This document shows, piece by piece, positions 50,046 through 59,568 of a DNA stretch of 64,000 nucleotides. Location of the stretch: assembly GCA_035541795.1 (NCBI GenBank), contig DATKMR010000019.1:132977-196976 (forward strand). The letters are read 5' to 3'. This stretch comes from Bacteroidales bacterium (GTDB lineage: Bacteria > Bacteroidota > Bacteroidia > Bacteroidales > VadinHA17). The translations under genes and the position numbers were made by a program. Within the stretch, counting starts at the first letter, position 1. Each line of letters starts with the position of its first letter. Under the pieces are notes generated by a model. It saw only the letters and a program-made list of their open reading frames with translations, made no database searches and had not been told where the DNA came from.

Positions 50046-50326
50046 AAAAGGGTTAGCATAAGACCCCCTTTCCAAATCTTTCCCCCCTGGGGGAAAACAT
50101 AAAAGGGGGTCAACATAAGACCTCCTTCCCAAACCTTTCCCCCCCTGGGGGAAAACAAAAAAGGGGGTTTACACCGGACCCCCTTTCCAAATCTTTCCCC
50201 CCTGGGGGAAAACAAAAAAGGGGGTCAACACTGAACCCCTTTCCAAATCTTTCCCCCCTGGGGGAAAACAAAAAAGGGGGTCAACACTGAACCCCCTTCC
50301 AGCCTTCCCCCATGGGGGAAGGTGTA
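50046..50326 (+). repeat. Left array: about 5 tandem units of a 56-58 bp double-hairpin G5/C5 repeat
   Basis: The consensus unit is A(5-6)GGGGGT-CAACAYTRA-ACCCCCTTTCCAAAYCTTTCCCCCCTGGGGGAAAAC. The first and last units are degenerate. Confidence 0.95.
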
Positions 50327-50348
50327 AAAAAATGATTAACTTTCCGTA

Positions 50349-50732
50349 ATGTCATCTAAATATATTCTTAGACTCAGCACTCAGAATCATGAAGCTGATA
50401 AAAACATTATCGGGAAGGCCCGTATTTTGAGAAAAAATATGACCAAATCTGAGAAAATGTTATGGGAGCTTCTAAAGAATAACAAGCTATGTGGTTGTCA
50501 TTTCAGGAAACAACATCCATATGGGATTTATATAATAGATTTCTTCTGTTATAAGGCCGGGCTGGCAATAGAAGTTGATGGAAAAATTCATCTTGGAAAG
50601 AGAGAATATGATGAAAAAAGAGAAGAATATCTTATCAGGTCGGGATTGCGAATACTGAGATTCAAAAATGAGGATATTGAATCCAGACCTGAATGGGTAA
50701 AAGAAGAAATTATATCTCATTTGCACTGCTGA
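50349..50732 (+). CDS. DUF559 endonuclease-domain protein (Vsr-like PD-(D/E)xK fold)
   Basis: 127 aa. ...ARILRKNMTKSEKMLWELLKN...FRKQHPYGIYIIDFFCYKAGLAIEVDG..H......D..R..YL...GLRILRF.N.DI matches the DUF559 pattern as I remember it. Confidence 0.75.
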   Translation: MSSKYILRLSTQNHEADKNIIGKARILRKNMTKSEKMLWELLKNNKLCGCHFRKQHPYGIYIIDFFCYKAGLAIEVDGKIHLGKREYDEKREEYLIRSGLRILRFKNEDIESRPEWVKEEIISHLHC

Positions 50733-50740
50733 TCTAATGA

Positions 50741-50956
50741 GCTTTTCCCCATTGGGGGAAAACATAAAAGGGGGTCAACATAAGACCTCCTTCCCAAACC
50801 TTTCCCCCCTGGAGGAAAACAAAAAAGGGGGTCAGCACTGAACCCCCTTTCCAAATCTTTCCCCCCTGGGGGAAAACAAAAAAGGGGGTTTACACCGGAC
50901 CCTCTTTCCCAAACCTTTCCCCCCTGGGGGAAAACAAAAAAGGGGGTCAGCACCGG
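50741..50956 (+). repeat. Right array: about 3.5 tandem units of the same 56-58 bp repeat, same orientation
   Basis: Units at 50764-50820, 50821-50877 and 50878-50935, plus partial copies at both ends. Confidence 0.95.
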
Positions 50957-51186
50957 AAGGATTGATGCCTATATTTCAGCATGAGAAAAAGCAAAGCGGC
51001 ATACTTTTAAAAAATGGAGAAGCCAGTTCATAAACAAGGGTGAACCGTAAAGGAGGCTGGAAATAGAAATGGAATGTTAATTCAGTCTACAGGGTTTAAC
51101 TGTCATTTAACATACCCTTAAGAAAATTTCCATGCTGCTTTTCGTTACAGAGTTAAAAAACAGGTATTTTCGTAAAAATCTAAATA

Positions 51187-51903
51187 ATGAATATTGCACT
51201 GATCGGTTACGGAAGAATGGGCCACGAGATTGAGGAGATGGCCATTAAGCGGGGACATACGATAAAGCTGATTATAGATATAAATAACCAGCACGATTTT
51301 GAGGATCAGAAATTCAGCGATATTGACGTTGCAATCGAGTTCTCTTTTCCAGAAGCGGCTTTCAGAAATGTCAGCAGGTGCCTTAATATGAAAAAACCTG
51401 TTGTATCTGGCACTACCGGCTGGCTGAGCGATTACGGCAGGGCGGTGGAGTTGTGCAGCAAAAACGGCACCTCATTTATTCATTCTTCAAATTACAGTGT
51501 CGGTGTGAACCTTATGTTCAGGCTGAATTCGGAGCTTGCAGCTTTAATGGACAGGTTAACCGATTACAATGTGGCCATTGAGGAGATACATCATCTTAAA
51601 AAGCTGGATGCCCCGAGCGGTACCGCGATATCACTTGCCGAAGGCATTGTTAAGAAAACGAAGAAATACAATGGCTGGTGCATTCCCGAAAAACCGGATC
51701 CCTCGAAAGTGCCAATTCGTTCGGTAAGGGAGGGTTCAGTGCCCGGTACTCATAACGTGGAATGGGACTCCGAAATTGATAAAATATCAATCCGGCATGA
51801 AGCAAAAGGAAGAAAAGGGTTGGCCCTTGGTGCCGTTCTGGCTGCTGAATTTATTGCAACCAGGAAGGGAGTCTTTACGATGAACGACGTACTTGGTTTC
51901 TGA
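51187..51903 (+). CDS. dapB: 4-hydroxy-tetrahydrodipicolinate reductase
   Basis: MNIALIGYGRMG Rossmann start; EEIHHLKKLDAPSGTA motif. Confidence 0.93.
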   Translation: MNIALIGYGRMGHEIEEMAIKRGHTIKLIIDINNQHDFEDQKFSDIDVAIEFSFPEAAFRNVSRCLNMKKPVVSGTTGWLSDYGRAVELCSKNGTSFIHSSNYSVGVNLMFRLNSELAALMDRLTDYNVAIEEIHHLKKLDAPSGTAISLAEGIVKKTKKYNGWCIPEKPDPSKVPIRSVREGSVPGTHNVEWDSEIDKISIRHEAKGRKGLALGAVLAAEFIATRKGVFTMNDVLGF

Positions 51904-51940
51904 TAATAATTTATACATTTAGTTTCCAATATATTTTTTT

Positions 51941-53320
51941 ATGAAAAAGTACTTTACTGGCAGGAATATCAGGTTTGCAATTGCTGCCATCATCTATTTT
52001 CTTGTTGTTCTCTGGATCGGCAACTGGTGGCTGATAATAGGACTTGCGATAGTATATGATGTTTATATCTCCCGAAAAGTCAACTGGACTTTCTGGAAAA
52101 AGAGGGAGGGTAAGAACAACGCAGTAATTGAGTGGCTTGATGCACTGATATTTGCCGTTGTTGCTGTTTCGCTCATAAATATTTTTCTCTTCCAGAACTA
52201 CCGTATACCAACCGGTTCGATGGAAAAATCGCTCCTTATTGGTGATCACCTTTTTGTAAGTAAGATTGCTTATGGTCCTAGGATGCCGAACACACCAGTT
52301 GCATTCCCTTTTACACAGCATACAATGCCTGTAACAAAGGGAAAATCGTGGTCGGATATTATACACTGGCCGTACCACAGGTTGCTTGGTGTAGGCAAGG
52401 TTCGGAATAATGATCCGATCGTGTTCAATTTTCCTGCAGGGGACACAGTAGTCATTGAGGATCAGACGACAAGCTACTATGAGATAATGAGGCGTATTGC
52501 CAAAGAAATGCAGGATCAGGATCTTCTGCAGCACAGGCCCGACCAGGGCAAGGCCTATTACCTGAGCCTTGCAAGAAAGGACATGTGGTCGAGGTTCAAG
52601 ATAATATACAGGCCTGTCGACAGGAGGGACAATTATGTGAAAAGATGCATTGGCATTCCTGGTGATACTGTAAGGATCATTGATTCTAAGGTTTTTGTAA
52701 ACGGGAAGCTTGTTCCTGAAAACGAGACACAGCAGACCACCTATGCCGTTCAGACAAACGGAACAACAATCAATCCAAAAGCTTTCGAAAGACTTGATAT
52801 CGCCAAATCGGACCAGGAGGTTCTGGGTAGTGCATACCTGTTGCCGCTCACGAAAGGGAACGCGGATAAAATATCAAAATTCACTAACGTAACGGAAGTC
52901 AGGCCAATTATTTTCCGTGAATATGAACCCTATATCTTTCCTCACAGCCCGTCATATAAATGGACTGAAGACAATTTCGGACCACTGTGGATCCCTCGAA
53001 AGGGAGCAACGGTCAGGATCGATACATCGAATATCTGTCTCTACGACCGGATAATTGATGTTTACGAGAATAATGATCTCAGGATCGATGGAGCGACTAT
53101 ATATATTAATGGTAAGCCTGCTGACTCCTATACCTTTAAAATGGATTATTACTGGATGATGGGGGATAACCGTCATAACTCCGCCGATTCACGTTACTGG
53201 GGTTTTGTACCGGAGGATCATATTATCGGCAAGCCAAAATTCATATGGCTTTCTCTCGACAAGGATGGATCGGGTTTGAAAAGCGTTCGCTGGAGCAGGA
53301 TATTCCACCGTGCAAAATAA
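51941..53320 (+). CDS. lepB: Signal peptidase I
   Basis: TM anchor, catalytic Ser box (IPTGSMEKSL), Lys box (YVKRCIGIPGD), and GDNRHNSADSRYWGFVP box. Confidence 0.92.
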   Translation: MKKYFTGRNIRFAIAAIIYFLVVLWIGNWWLIIGLAIVYDVYISRKVNWTFWKKREGKNNAVIEWLDALIFAVVAVSLINIFLFQNYRIPTGSMEKSLLIGDHLFVSKIAYGPRMPNTPVAFPFTQHTMPVTKGKSWSDIIHWPYHRLLGVGKVRNNDPIVFNFPAGDTVVIEDQTTSYYEIMRRIAKEMQDQDLLQHRPDQGKAYYLSLARKDMWSRFKIIYRPVDRRDNYVKRCIGIPGDTVRIIDSKVFVNGKLVPENETQQTTYAVQTNGTTINPKAFERLDIAKSDQEVLGSAYLLPLTKGNADKISKFTNVTEVRPIIFREYEPYIFPHSPSYKWTEDNFGPLWIPRKGATVRIDTSNICLYDRIIDVYENNDLRIDGATIYINGKPADSYTFKMDYYWMMGDNRHNSADSRYWGFVPEDHIIGKPKFIWLSLDKDGSGLKSVRWSRIFHRAK

Positions 53321-53325
53321 AAAAA

Positions 53326-53350
53326 GGGTGCTCCGGCACCCTCTTTTTTT
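53326..53350. terminator. Bidirectional intrinsic terminator between lepB and rplT
   Basis: A-run, GGGTGC-TCCG-GCACCC, then a T-run. Confidence 0.75.
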
Positions 53351-53366
53351 ATATAATAAGCTGTGA

Positions 53367-53711
53367 TTATTTCACTTTTTCCACGATTGCCTTAAAGGCA
53401 TCCGGATGATTCATTGCAAGATCTGCAAGGGTTTTGCGGTTTAGTGCAATTCCTTTCTTTTCAAGCTTACCAATGAATTCTGAATAACTCATATCATACT
53501 GTCTTACCCCGGCATTGATCCTCTGGATCCAGAGTGCCCTGAACTGGCCTTTCTTTGCCCTTCTGTCACGGTATGCATAACCCAGTCCCTTGTCGAGAGT
53601 GTTCTTTGCAACTGTGATCACGTTCTTCCTTGAACCGAAGAAACCTTTTGTCTGCTTGAGGACCTCTTTTCTTCTGGCCCTGGAAGCTACTGAATTTACT
53701 GATCTTGGCAT
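53367..53711 (-). CDS. rplT: 50S ribosomal protein L20
   Basis: [30 protein letters not shown]... is a canonical L20 sequence. Confidence 0.97.
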   Translation of the reverse strand: MPRSVNSVASRARRKEVLKQTKGFFGSRKNVITVAKNTLDKGLGYAYRDRRAKKGQFRALWIQRINAGVRQYDMSYSEFIGKLEKKGIALNRKTLADLAMNHPDAFKAIVEKVK

Positions 53712-53808
53712 AATTTCTGTTTTTTGAATGTCAGCGTTCCGACTTTACGGACCCTTATCTGCTGTCCACCCTGTTAGTACTATTAAAATAAAATCTGGTT
53801 GTAAGCAA

Positions 53809-54006
53809 TTACTTGAGTCCCAGAAGAAGCTGAATGTTCTTCTTATCCGCGCTGTCGACCTGGCCAAAATAGGTAAGGTTTCTTTTCCTCTTGGTGGCCT
53901 TCTTTGTCAGAATGTGGCTCTTGAATGCATGCTTACGCTTGATCTTCCCTGAACCGGTCAAAGAGAATCTCTTCTTTGCTCCCGGATTTGTCTTCACTTT
54001 TGGCAT
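53809..54006 (-). CDS. rpmI: 50S ribosomal protein L35
   Basis: [36 protein letters not shown]. Confidence 0.97.
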   Translation of the reverse strand: MPKVKTNPGAKKRFSLTGSGKIKRKHAFKSHILTKKATKRKRNLTYFGQVDSADKKNIQLLLGLK

Positions 54007-54035
54007 CTTCTTTTGAAAATATATTAAATTAAAAC

Positions 54036-54578
54036 CTATTTCTTCTTCTTGGGAGCGAATGATATAATCATTCTCTTTCCTTCCAGCTTCGGAAGCTGTT
54101 CCACTTTACCAAATTCCTCAAGGTCATTTGCGAACCGGAGCAGAAGGACTTCTCCCTGTTCCTTGAAAAGGATTGATCGTCCTTTAAAGAACACATAGGC
54201 TCTTACCTTTGCACCTTCATCGAGGAATTTCATTGCATGTTTCAGCTTGAAATTGTAATCGTGATCGTCGGTATTCGGCCCGAACCTGATCTCTTTCACT
54301 ATAATTTTCGCTGCCTTTGCCTTGATCTCCTTCTGTTTCTTCTTCTGCTGGTATAGAAACTTCTGGTAGTCAATGATTTTACATACAGGCGGTTCTGCAC
54401 TCGGGGAAATTTCCACCAGGTCTAACTCCATCTTGTCTGCCAGCCTGAGGGCATCCTGCAGACTGAGAACCTGGGTCTCAATATCATCGCCGACAACTCT
54501 GACAGTTCGGGCGGTGATCCGGTTATTAATCCTGTGAGCCGGTTGGATATTCCTTACCGGATTACGTCTGATAGGCAA
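54036..54578 (-). CDS. infC: Translation initiation factor IF-3
   Basis: ...[19 protein letters not shown]...[19 protein letters not shown].... The only canonical in-frame start is TTG at 54578. An ATA lies two codons upstream. Confidence 0.93.
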   Translation of the reverse strand: MPIRRNPVRNIQPAHRINNRITARTVRVVGDDIETQVLSLQDALRLADKMELDLVEISPSAEPPVCKIIDYQKFLYQQKKKQKEIKAKAAKIIVKEIRFGPNTDDHDYNFKLKHAMKFLDEGAKVRAYVFFKGRSILFKEQGEVLLLRFANDLEEFGKVEQLPKLEGKRMIISFAPKKKK

Positions 54579-54624
54579 TGCTATGGCTTGTTCCTCCTGA
54601 CTTTAATTAATACTATTTTTAATT

Positions 54625-56562
54625 CTAAAGGGCAATCTCTTTTTTAATCTCAGCAGCAACAAATTCCGCAAATTCTTCAGGTTTCATTGAACCTTTATCT
54701 CCTTCACCCTGCTTCCTGACAGAAACTGTTCCGCTTTCTTCCTCTTTTTCTCCGACAATAAGAAGGTAGGGAACCCGCTTTAATTCATTATCCCTTATCT
54801 TCTTACCTATCTTTTCACTCCTCTCGTCAATTAGTGTGCAAATATCGGAATTATTTAGTAATTCCAAAACTTTTCTCGCATAATCGTTGTATTTCTCACT
54901 GATTGGAAGGATGACGGCTTTTTCAGGTGCCAGCCAGAGGGGAAATTTACCTGCCGTATTCTCAATAAGAACAGCAACAAACCGTTCGAGAGATCCGAAA
55001 ATTGTCCTGTGGAGCATAACAGGACGATGCTTCTGGTTATCGCTGCCGTTGTATGTGAGATCGAACCTTTCCGGAAGGTTGTAATCAACCTGGATTGTAC
55101 CGAGCTGCCATTTTCTTCCAATCGCATCCTTCACCATGAAATCCAGCTTAGGACCGTAGAAAGCTGCTTCTCCCGGAACAACAACAGTCTCCAGGTTCTT
55201 TTCAGCTGCGGCCTCAATAATGTCCCTTTCAGCCCTCTCCCAGTTCTCATCTGTTCCTATATACTTCTCCTTGTTATTTGGATCCCTTAATGAGATCTGT
55301 GCAGTATATTCATTGAAATTCAGAATTTTAAATACATACAGTACAAGATCGATAATGCTCTTGAATTCTTCCCTTAACTGATCGGGACGGCAGTAATGGT
55401 GAGCATCATCCTGGGTAAAGCTTCTTACCCTTGTAAGACCGTGAAGTTCCCCGCTCTGCTCGTACCTGTACACCGTTCCGAATTCAGCCATCCTGAGAGG
55501 AAGATCCTTATAGGAGTGAGGTGTTGCATTATATATCTCGCAGTGATGCGGGCAGTTCATCGGTTTAAGCATAAACTGCTCACCCTCCTGCGGTGTCGAT
55601 ATCGGCTTGAAAGAATCAGCGCCGTATTTCTCATAGTGACCGGAAGTCTTGTACAGGTTGACATTGCCGATATGCGGAGTCGCAACTATTTTATAACCTC
55701 TTTTCCTGAGGATACCTGTCAGAAACTCAATAAGGGTGGTCCTGATATCAGAACCTTTTGGCAGCCATAGAGGAAGACCCATTCCAACTTTCTGTGAAAA
55801 AGTGAAAAGCTCCAGTTCCCTGCCAATCTTCCTGTGGTCCCTTTTCTTTGCCTCTTCAAGGAATAAAAGGTATTCATCAAGCATCTTCTGCTTCGGGAAT
55901 GTGATCCCGTATATCCTTGTGAGCATCCTTCTTTTTTCATCACCACGCCAGTATGCACCGGCCAGGCTCAGAATCTTTATTGCCTTTATATGTTCGGTTG
56001 AAGGCAGGTGAGGACCACGGCACAGGTCGGTGAAATTGCCCTGTGAGTAAAGAGATATTGTACCATCGGCCAGGTCACCGATCAGTTCGACCTTGTATTC
56101 ATCACCTTTTTGTGAGAAGAGATCGAGAGCTTCTTTCTTGCTGACATCCTTGCGTTTAAAGTTAAGATTCTTTGCCGAAAGCTCCTTCATCCTGTTCTCA
56201 ATCATGACGAGATCGGCATCTGTCATTACATGATCTCCCGGATCGATATCGTAATAGAAACCGTTCTCAATGGCCGGACCTATACCGAACTTCGTCCCGG
56301 GCCAGAGCGACTCAATAGCCTCCGCCATTAGGTGGGCTGAAGAATGCCAGAAAGCATGCTTCCCTTCCTCATCGTCCCACTTATGAAGAACGAGCCTGGA
56401 ATCCTTAATTATCGGACGGGTCAGGTCGGTAACTTCACCGTTTACCGTAGCAGCAAGAACCTCTTTTGCAAGTCTCGGGCTTATCTGCTCAGCCACCTCA
56501 AGGCTGGTGATACCTTCATTGTACTCCTTAACGGACCCGTCTGGAAAAGTTATTTTAATCAT
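54625..56562 (-). CDS. thrS: Threonine--tRNA ligase
   Basis: TGS domain [14 protein letters not shown], editing-domain HSSAHLMA, class II core ([28 protein letters not shown]), and an anticodon-binding C-terminus. Confidence 0.97.
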   Translation of the reverse strand: MIKITFPDGSVKEYNEGITSLEVAEQISPRLAKEVLAATVNGEVTDLTRPIIKDSRLVLHKWDDEEGKHAFWHSSAHLMAEAIESLWPGTKFGIGPAIENGFYYDIDPGDHVMTDADLVMIENRMKELSAKNLNFKRKDVSKKEALDLFSQKGDEYKVELIGDLADGTISLYSQGNFTDLCRGPHLPSTEHIKAIKILSLAGAYWRGDEKRRMLTRIYGITFPKQKMLDEYLLFLEEAKKRDHRKIGRELELFTFSQKVGMGLPLWLPKGSDIRTTLIEFLTGILRKRGYKIVATPHIGNVNLYKTSGHYEKYGADSFKPISTPQEGEQFMLKPMNCPHHCEIYNATPHSYKDLPLRMAEFGTVYRYEQSGELHGLTRVRSFTQDDAHHYCRPDQLREEFKSIIDLVLYVFKILNFNEYTAQISLRDPNNKEKYIGTDENWERAERDIIEAAAEKNLETVVVPGEAAFYGPKLDFMVKDAIGRKWQLGTIQVDYNLPERFDLTYNGSDNQKHRPVMLHRTIFGSLERFVAVLIENTAGKFPLWLAPEKAVILPISEKYNDYARKVLELLNNSDICTLIDERSEKIGKKIRDNELKRVPYLLIVGEKEEESGTVSVRKQGEGDKGSMKPEEFAEFVAAEIKKEIAL

Positions 56563-56635
56563 TCTTATCTTCCTCTGTTATTGGACGGCAAAGATAATAA
56601 TTGTTACTGTGTCTGCAAATTCGGTGAGCCCATGC

Positions 56636-56667
56636 AAAAAGAAAGAGGGCGCTTTACCGGCACCCTC
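56636..56667 (-). terminator. Intrinsic terminator after the permease gene
   Basis: The minus strand reads GAGGGTGC-CGGTAAA-GCGCCCTC-TTTCTTTTT. The stem arms are identical to those of the terminator at 37382-37404. Confidence 0.7.
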
Positions 56668-56692
56668 CTGAGGTAATAAAGAACGAATTCAG

Positions 56693-58177
56693 TTACTTGT
56701 TGTTGTTAGCTCTCGTTAAAGCACTGTGTTTCATCCCGTAGGTAAAATAAACCACCAGACCCACTGCAAGCCAGACCAGCATTGTGATCCATGCATAGAT
56801 ATTCAGGAACATTGTAATACCCAGGCAGCAAACAATTCCAAGAACCGGGATGAAAGGTGTGAAGGGTGTCTTGAAAGGCCTTGGAGTATCCGGCTGTCTC
56901 TTTCTCAGGATAAGAATGGCGAGGCAGACTGATGTGAAAGCCAGCAGCGTCCCCAGTGAAACAAGCTTGCTCAGAACTCCTATCGGGAATAATCCTGCAA
57001 GTATCATTGCAATCACTCCAACGATTATTGTCGACATATATGGAGTCTTAAAACGCGGGTGTACTCTTTTAAATATGGGGGGCAGCAGCCCGTCGTTGGC
57101 CATCGTAAAGAATATCCTCGGCTGACCCAGCAGCATAACCAGTATTACAGAGCTAAGGCCTGCAACTGCTCCAAGCTTGATAAGAGGAGAGAGGATATTA
57201 TGGGCAAAGGGGCTGTTCATCGAATCGATACCGACAGCGATCGGGTCAGGAACACCCAGCTTGGTAAATGAGACAATTCCCGTAAGTACAAGGGCAACAA
57301 GAATGTAAATTACCGTGCAGATTGCAAGCGACCCGAGAATTCCAATCGGAAGGTCCCGCTGTGGTTTCTTGGTTTCCTGGGCCGCAGTAGAAACTGCATC
57401 GAAGCCAATATAAGCAAAGAAGATAACCGCCGCACCCCGCAAAATTCCACTGACTCCGAAGTGCCCGAATTTTCCTGTATTCTTTGGTATGAACGGATGC
57501 CAGTTGGCTGTTGAAACAAACCATACACCTGCAATGAGGAATATCAGGATCACAGTAACTTTAATAAAGACAATCACATTGTTAAACCTGGCGGATTCCT
57601 TGACTCCAAGAACCAGAATAGCTGTGAGCAGGAACACGATAAGGATGGCAGGAATATTTATTATACCACCTGCGGAATGCACGAACTTGCAGGTCACCTC
57701 ATCGTACACGATGGGAGCATTTACGAAAGCAGAAGGCAGGTCTATGCCATGCGTCCCGTTTCCATGAAGCAGGCTTACAACATATCCCGACCATCCTACA
57801 CTTACCGTTGAAGCAGCGAAAAGATATTCTACAATAAGCAGCCATCCAATAATCCAGGCCGAAAGTTCACCGAGAGTTGCATAGGCATAGGTGTATGCAC
57901 TTCCCGAAATCGGAATCATGGATGTAAGCTCGGCATAGCAGAGACCGGCGCACGCACATGCAACAGCTGCTACAATGAATGAAAGGATTACAGCAGGTCC
58001 TGCATAATTGGCCGAGACTTCACCGACCAGCACGAAAATTCCAGCACCGATAATTGCACCTATACCAAGGAACACCAGGTTGGTTGCATTCAGAGCCCTC
58101 TTCAATCCCGAAGAGTCACTGTGCGCCTCATTCATCAGCTGCTGGAAAGGCTTAACTTTAAAGAGAGAATATTTCAT
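56693..58177 (-). CDS. APC-family amino acid permease (cationic amino acid transporter-like)
   Basis: 494 aa, 12-14 TM helices, N-terminal LKRALNATNLVFLGIGAIIGAGIFVL motif. Confidence 0.85.
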   Translation of the reverse strand: MKYSLFKVKPFQQLMNEAHSDSSGLKRALNATNLVFLGIGAIIGAGIFVLVGEVSANYAGPAVILSFIVAAVACACAGLCYAELTSMIPISGSAYTYAYATLGELSAWIIGWLLIVEYLFAASTVSVGWSGYVVSLLHGNGTHGIDLPSAFVNAPIVYDEVTCKFVHSAGGIINIPAILIVFLLTAILVLGVKESARFNNVIVFIKVTVILIFLIAGVWFVSTANWHPFIPKNTGKFGHFGVSGILRGAAVIFFAYIGFDAVSTAAQETKKPQRDLPIGILGSLAICTVIYILVALVLTGIVSFTKLGVPDPIAVGIDSMNSPFAHNILSPLIKLGAVAGLSSVILVMLLGQPRIFFTMANDGLLPPIFKRVHPRFKTPYMSTIIVGVIAMILAGLFPIGVLSKLVSLGTLLAFTSVCLAILILRKRQPDTPRPFKTPFTPFIPVLGIVCCLGITMFLNIYAWITMLVWLAVGLVVYFTYGMKHSALTRANNNK

Positions 58178-58416
58178 AAATATTATTCATTGAGATATTA
58201 AGAGCACAATGTATCGAATTTTTCATTCAAAGATTCCTGCGAAGATTTAGATTCGATCTAAATAGCAAGACGTCAGGCACACTGATGATTGACGTGAAGT
58301 CTAAAATGCTGAAATGCATTGTATTATTTATGCCGCGAGAGTATGTTAAAAATGATTAATGTAAAGATAAAGCTCACAGGAATAGTCCGTTCCTGCATAT
58401 ACGGCAGATGGTATTT

Positions 58417-59565
58417 TTATGCCTGTTCAGTGAAAACCGATCCTGGAAGATCCCGGAGATTATAGCGTGAAGCCATTGTTTCACCGTATGCACCGGCCGA
58501 ACGTATTGCGATAAGGTCGCCTCTTTTTGTTTCAGGCATCTCGACATACTTTCCGAATGTATCGGACGATTCACAAACGGGCCCGACTATATCGTACCTG
58601 AATTTGCCCTTGTCGGATGTCAGGTTCTCTATCTTGTGGAAAGCCTGGTAAAGTGCCGGCCTGATAAGATCTGTCATCCCTGCGTCGATAATGGCAAATT
58701 TAGTTGATCCTCCGTTCTTGGTATAGAGAACCCTTGAAATGAGTGAACCGCATTGTCCAACGATCGCACGGCCTGGTTCAAAATGCAGCTGCTGCCCGGG
58801 CTGGAGCTTAATCATCTCCCTGAAAATAGAGAAGTATTCCCTGAAATCCGGCATTTTTTCGGGGTGTTCATAGTCTATTCCGAGCCCACCGCCAACATTG
58901 ATCACCCTGAGGTCGGTATTTCTGTCGCTGAACCATCCGATCAATTCATTTACCCTTGTGCACAGGCTTTTAAATACCTGCATCCTTGTTATCTGTGACC
59001 CTATATGAAAATGAATGCCAATGAATTTCAACCTTTTCAGAGTTTTCAGTTTCGCGACTACATCGCTGAGCTCATTCATTGTTATTCCAAACTTGCTCTC
59101 CTCTATCCCTGTAGTAATATGCCTGTGTGTATGAGCTTCAATATAGGGATTGATTCTCAGGGCCACCCGGGCATTCTTTCCCATTTTTGCAGCAATAGAA
59201 TCAATAACCTCCAGCTCCTGTACAGATTCGCAATTAAAACAGAAGATTTCTGCTCCCAGTGCTTCTTCAATTTCCTTGTCAGATTTTCCAACTCCTGCAA
59301 ATACAATCGAGTCGCCGGGAAAACCATTCTCAAGAGCCCGCTCAATTTCATTCCAGCTTACACAATCCGCTCCAAATCCGTATGACGAAATAATTTTCAG
59401 CAAAACCGGGTTGGCGTTTGCCTTTACGGCATAATGAGCCTTGTAGCCGCAATATCCTGATTCTTTTTTTACCAGGTCCAGTGTCTGCTTCAGAACCTCC
59501 AGGTCATAATAATAAAAGGGTGTGGCTAGACCTGCAAATCTCTTTATGGGGAATGATTCTGTCAT
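58417..59565 (-). CDS. lysA: Diaminopimelate decarboxylase
   Basis: Fold-type III PLP decarboxylase (YAVKANANP PLP-lysine context, GGGLGI, GPVCESSD, AGAYG). Confidence 0.9.
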   Translation of the reverse strand: MTESFPIKRFAGLATPFYYYDLEVLKQTLDLVKKESGYCGYKAHYAVKANANPVLLKIISSYGFGADCVSWNEIERALENGFPGDSIVFAGVGKSDKEIEEALGAEIFCFNCESVQELEVIDSIAAKMGKNARVALRINPYIEAHTHRHITTGIEESKFGITMNELSDVVAKLKTLKRLKFIGIHFHIGSQITRMQVFKSLCTRVNELIGWFSDRNTDLRVINVGGGLGIDYEHPEKMPDFREYFSIFREMIKLQPGQQLHFEPGRAIVGQCGSLISRVLYTKNGGSTKFAIIDAGMTDLIRPALYQAFHKIENLTSDKGKFRYDIVGPVCESSDTFGKYVEMPETKRGDLIAIRSAGAYGETMASRYNLRDLPGSVFTEQA

Positions 59566-59568
59566 TTA

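Noticed and set aside
49922-50215. ORFs 49922-50215(-) and 50717-50953(-) from the ORF track
   Set aside because: They are translations of the tandem repeat (reiterated FPPGGK/LMLTPF peptides), with no independent coding signal.
50046-50956. CRISPR array, suggested by regular spacing of about 57 bp and a palindromic repeat
   Set aside because: The inter-repeat segments are not unique spacers. They fall into three recurring variants and are part of the repeat unit. There are no cas genes or leader in the window. A protein gene interrupts the array.
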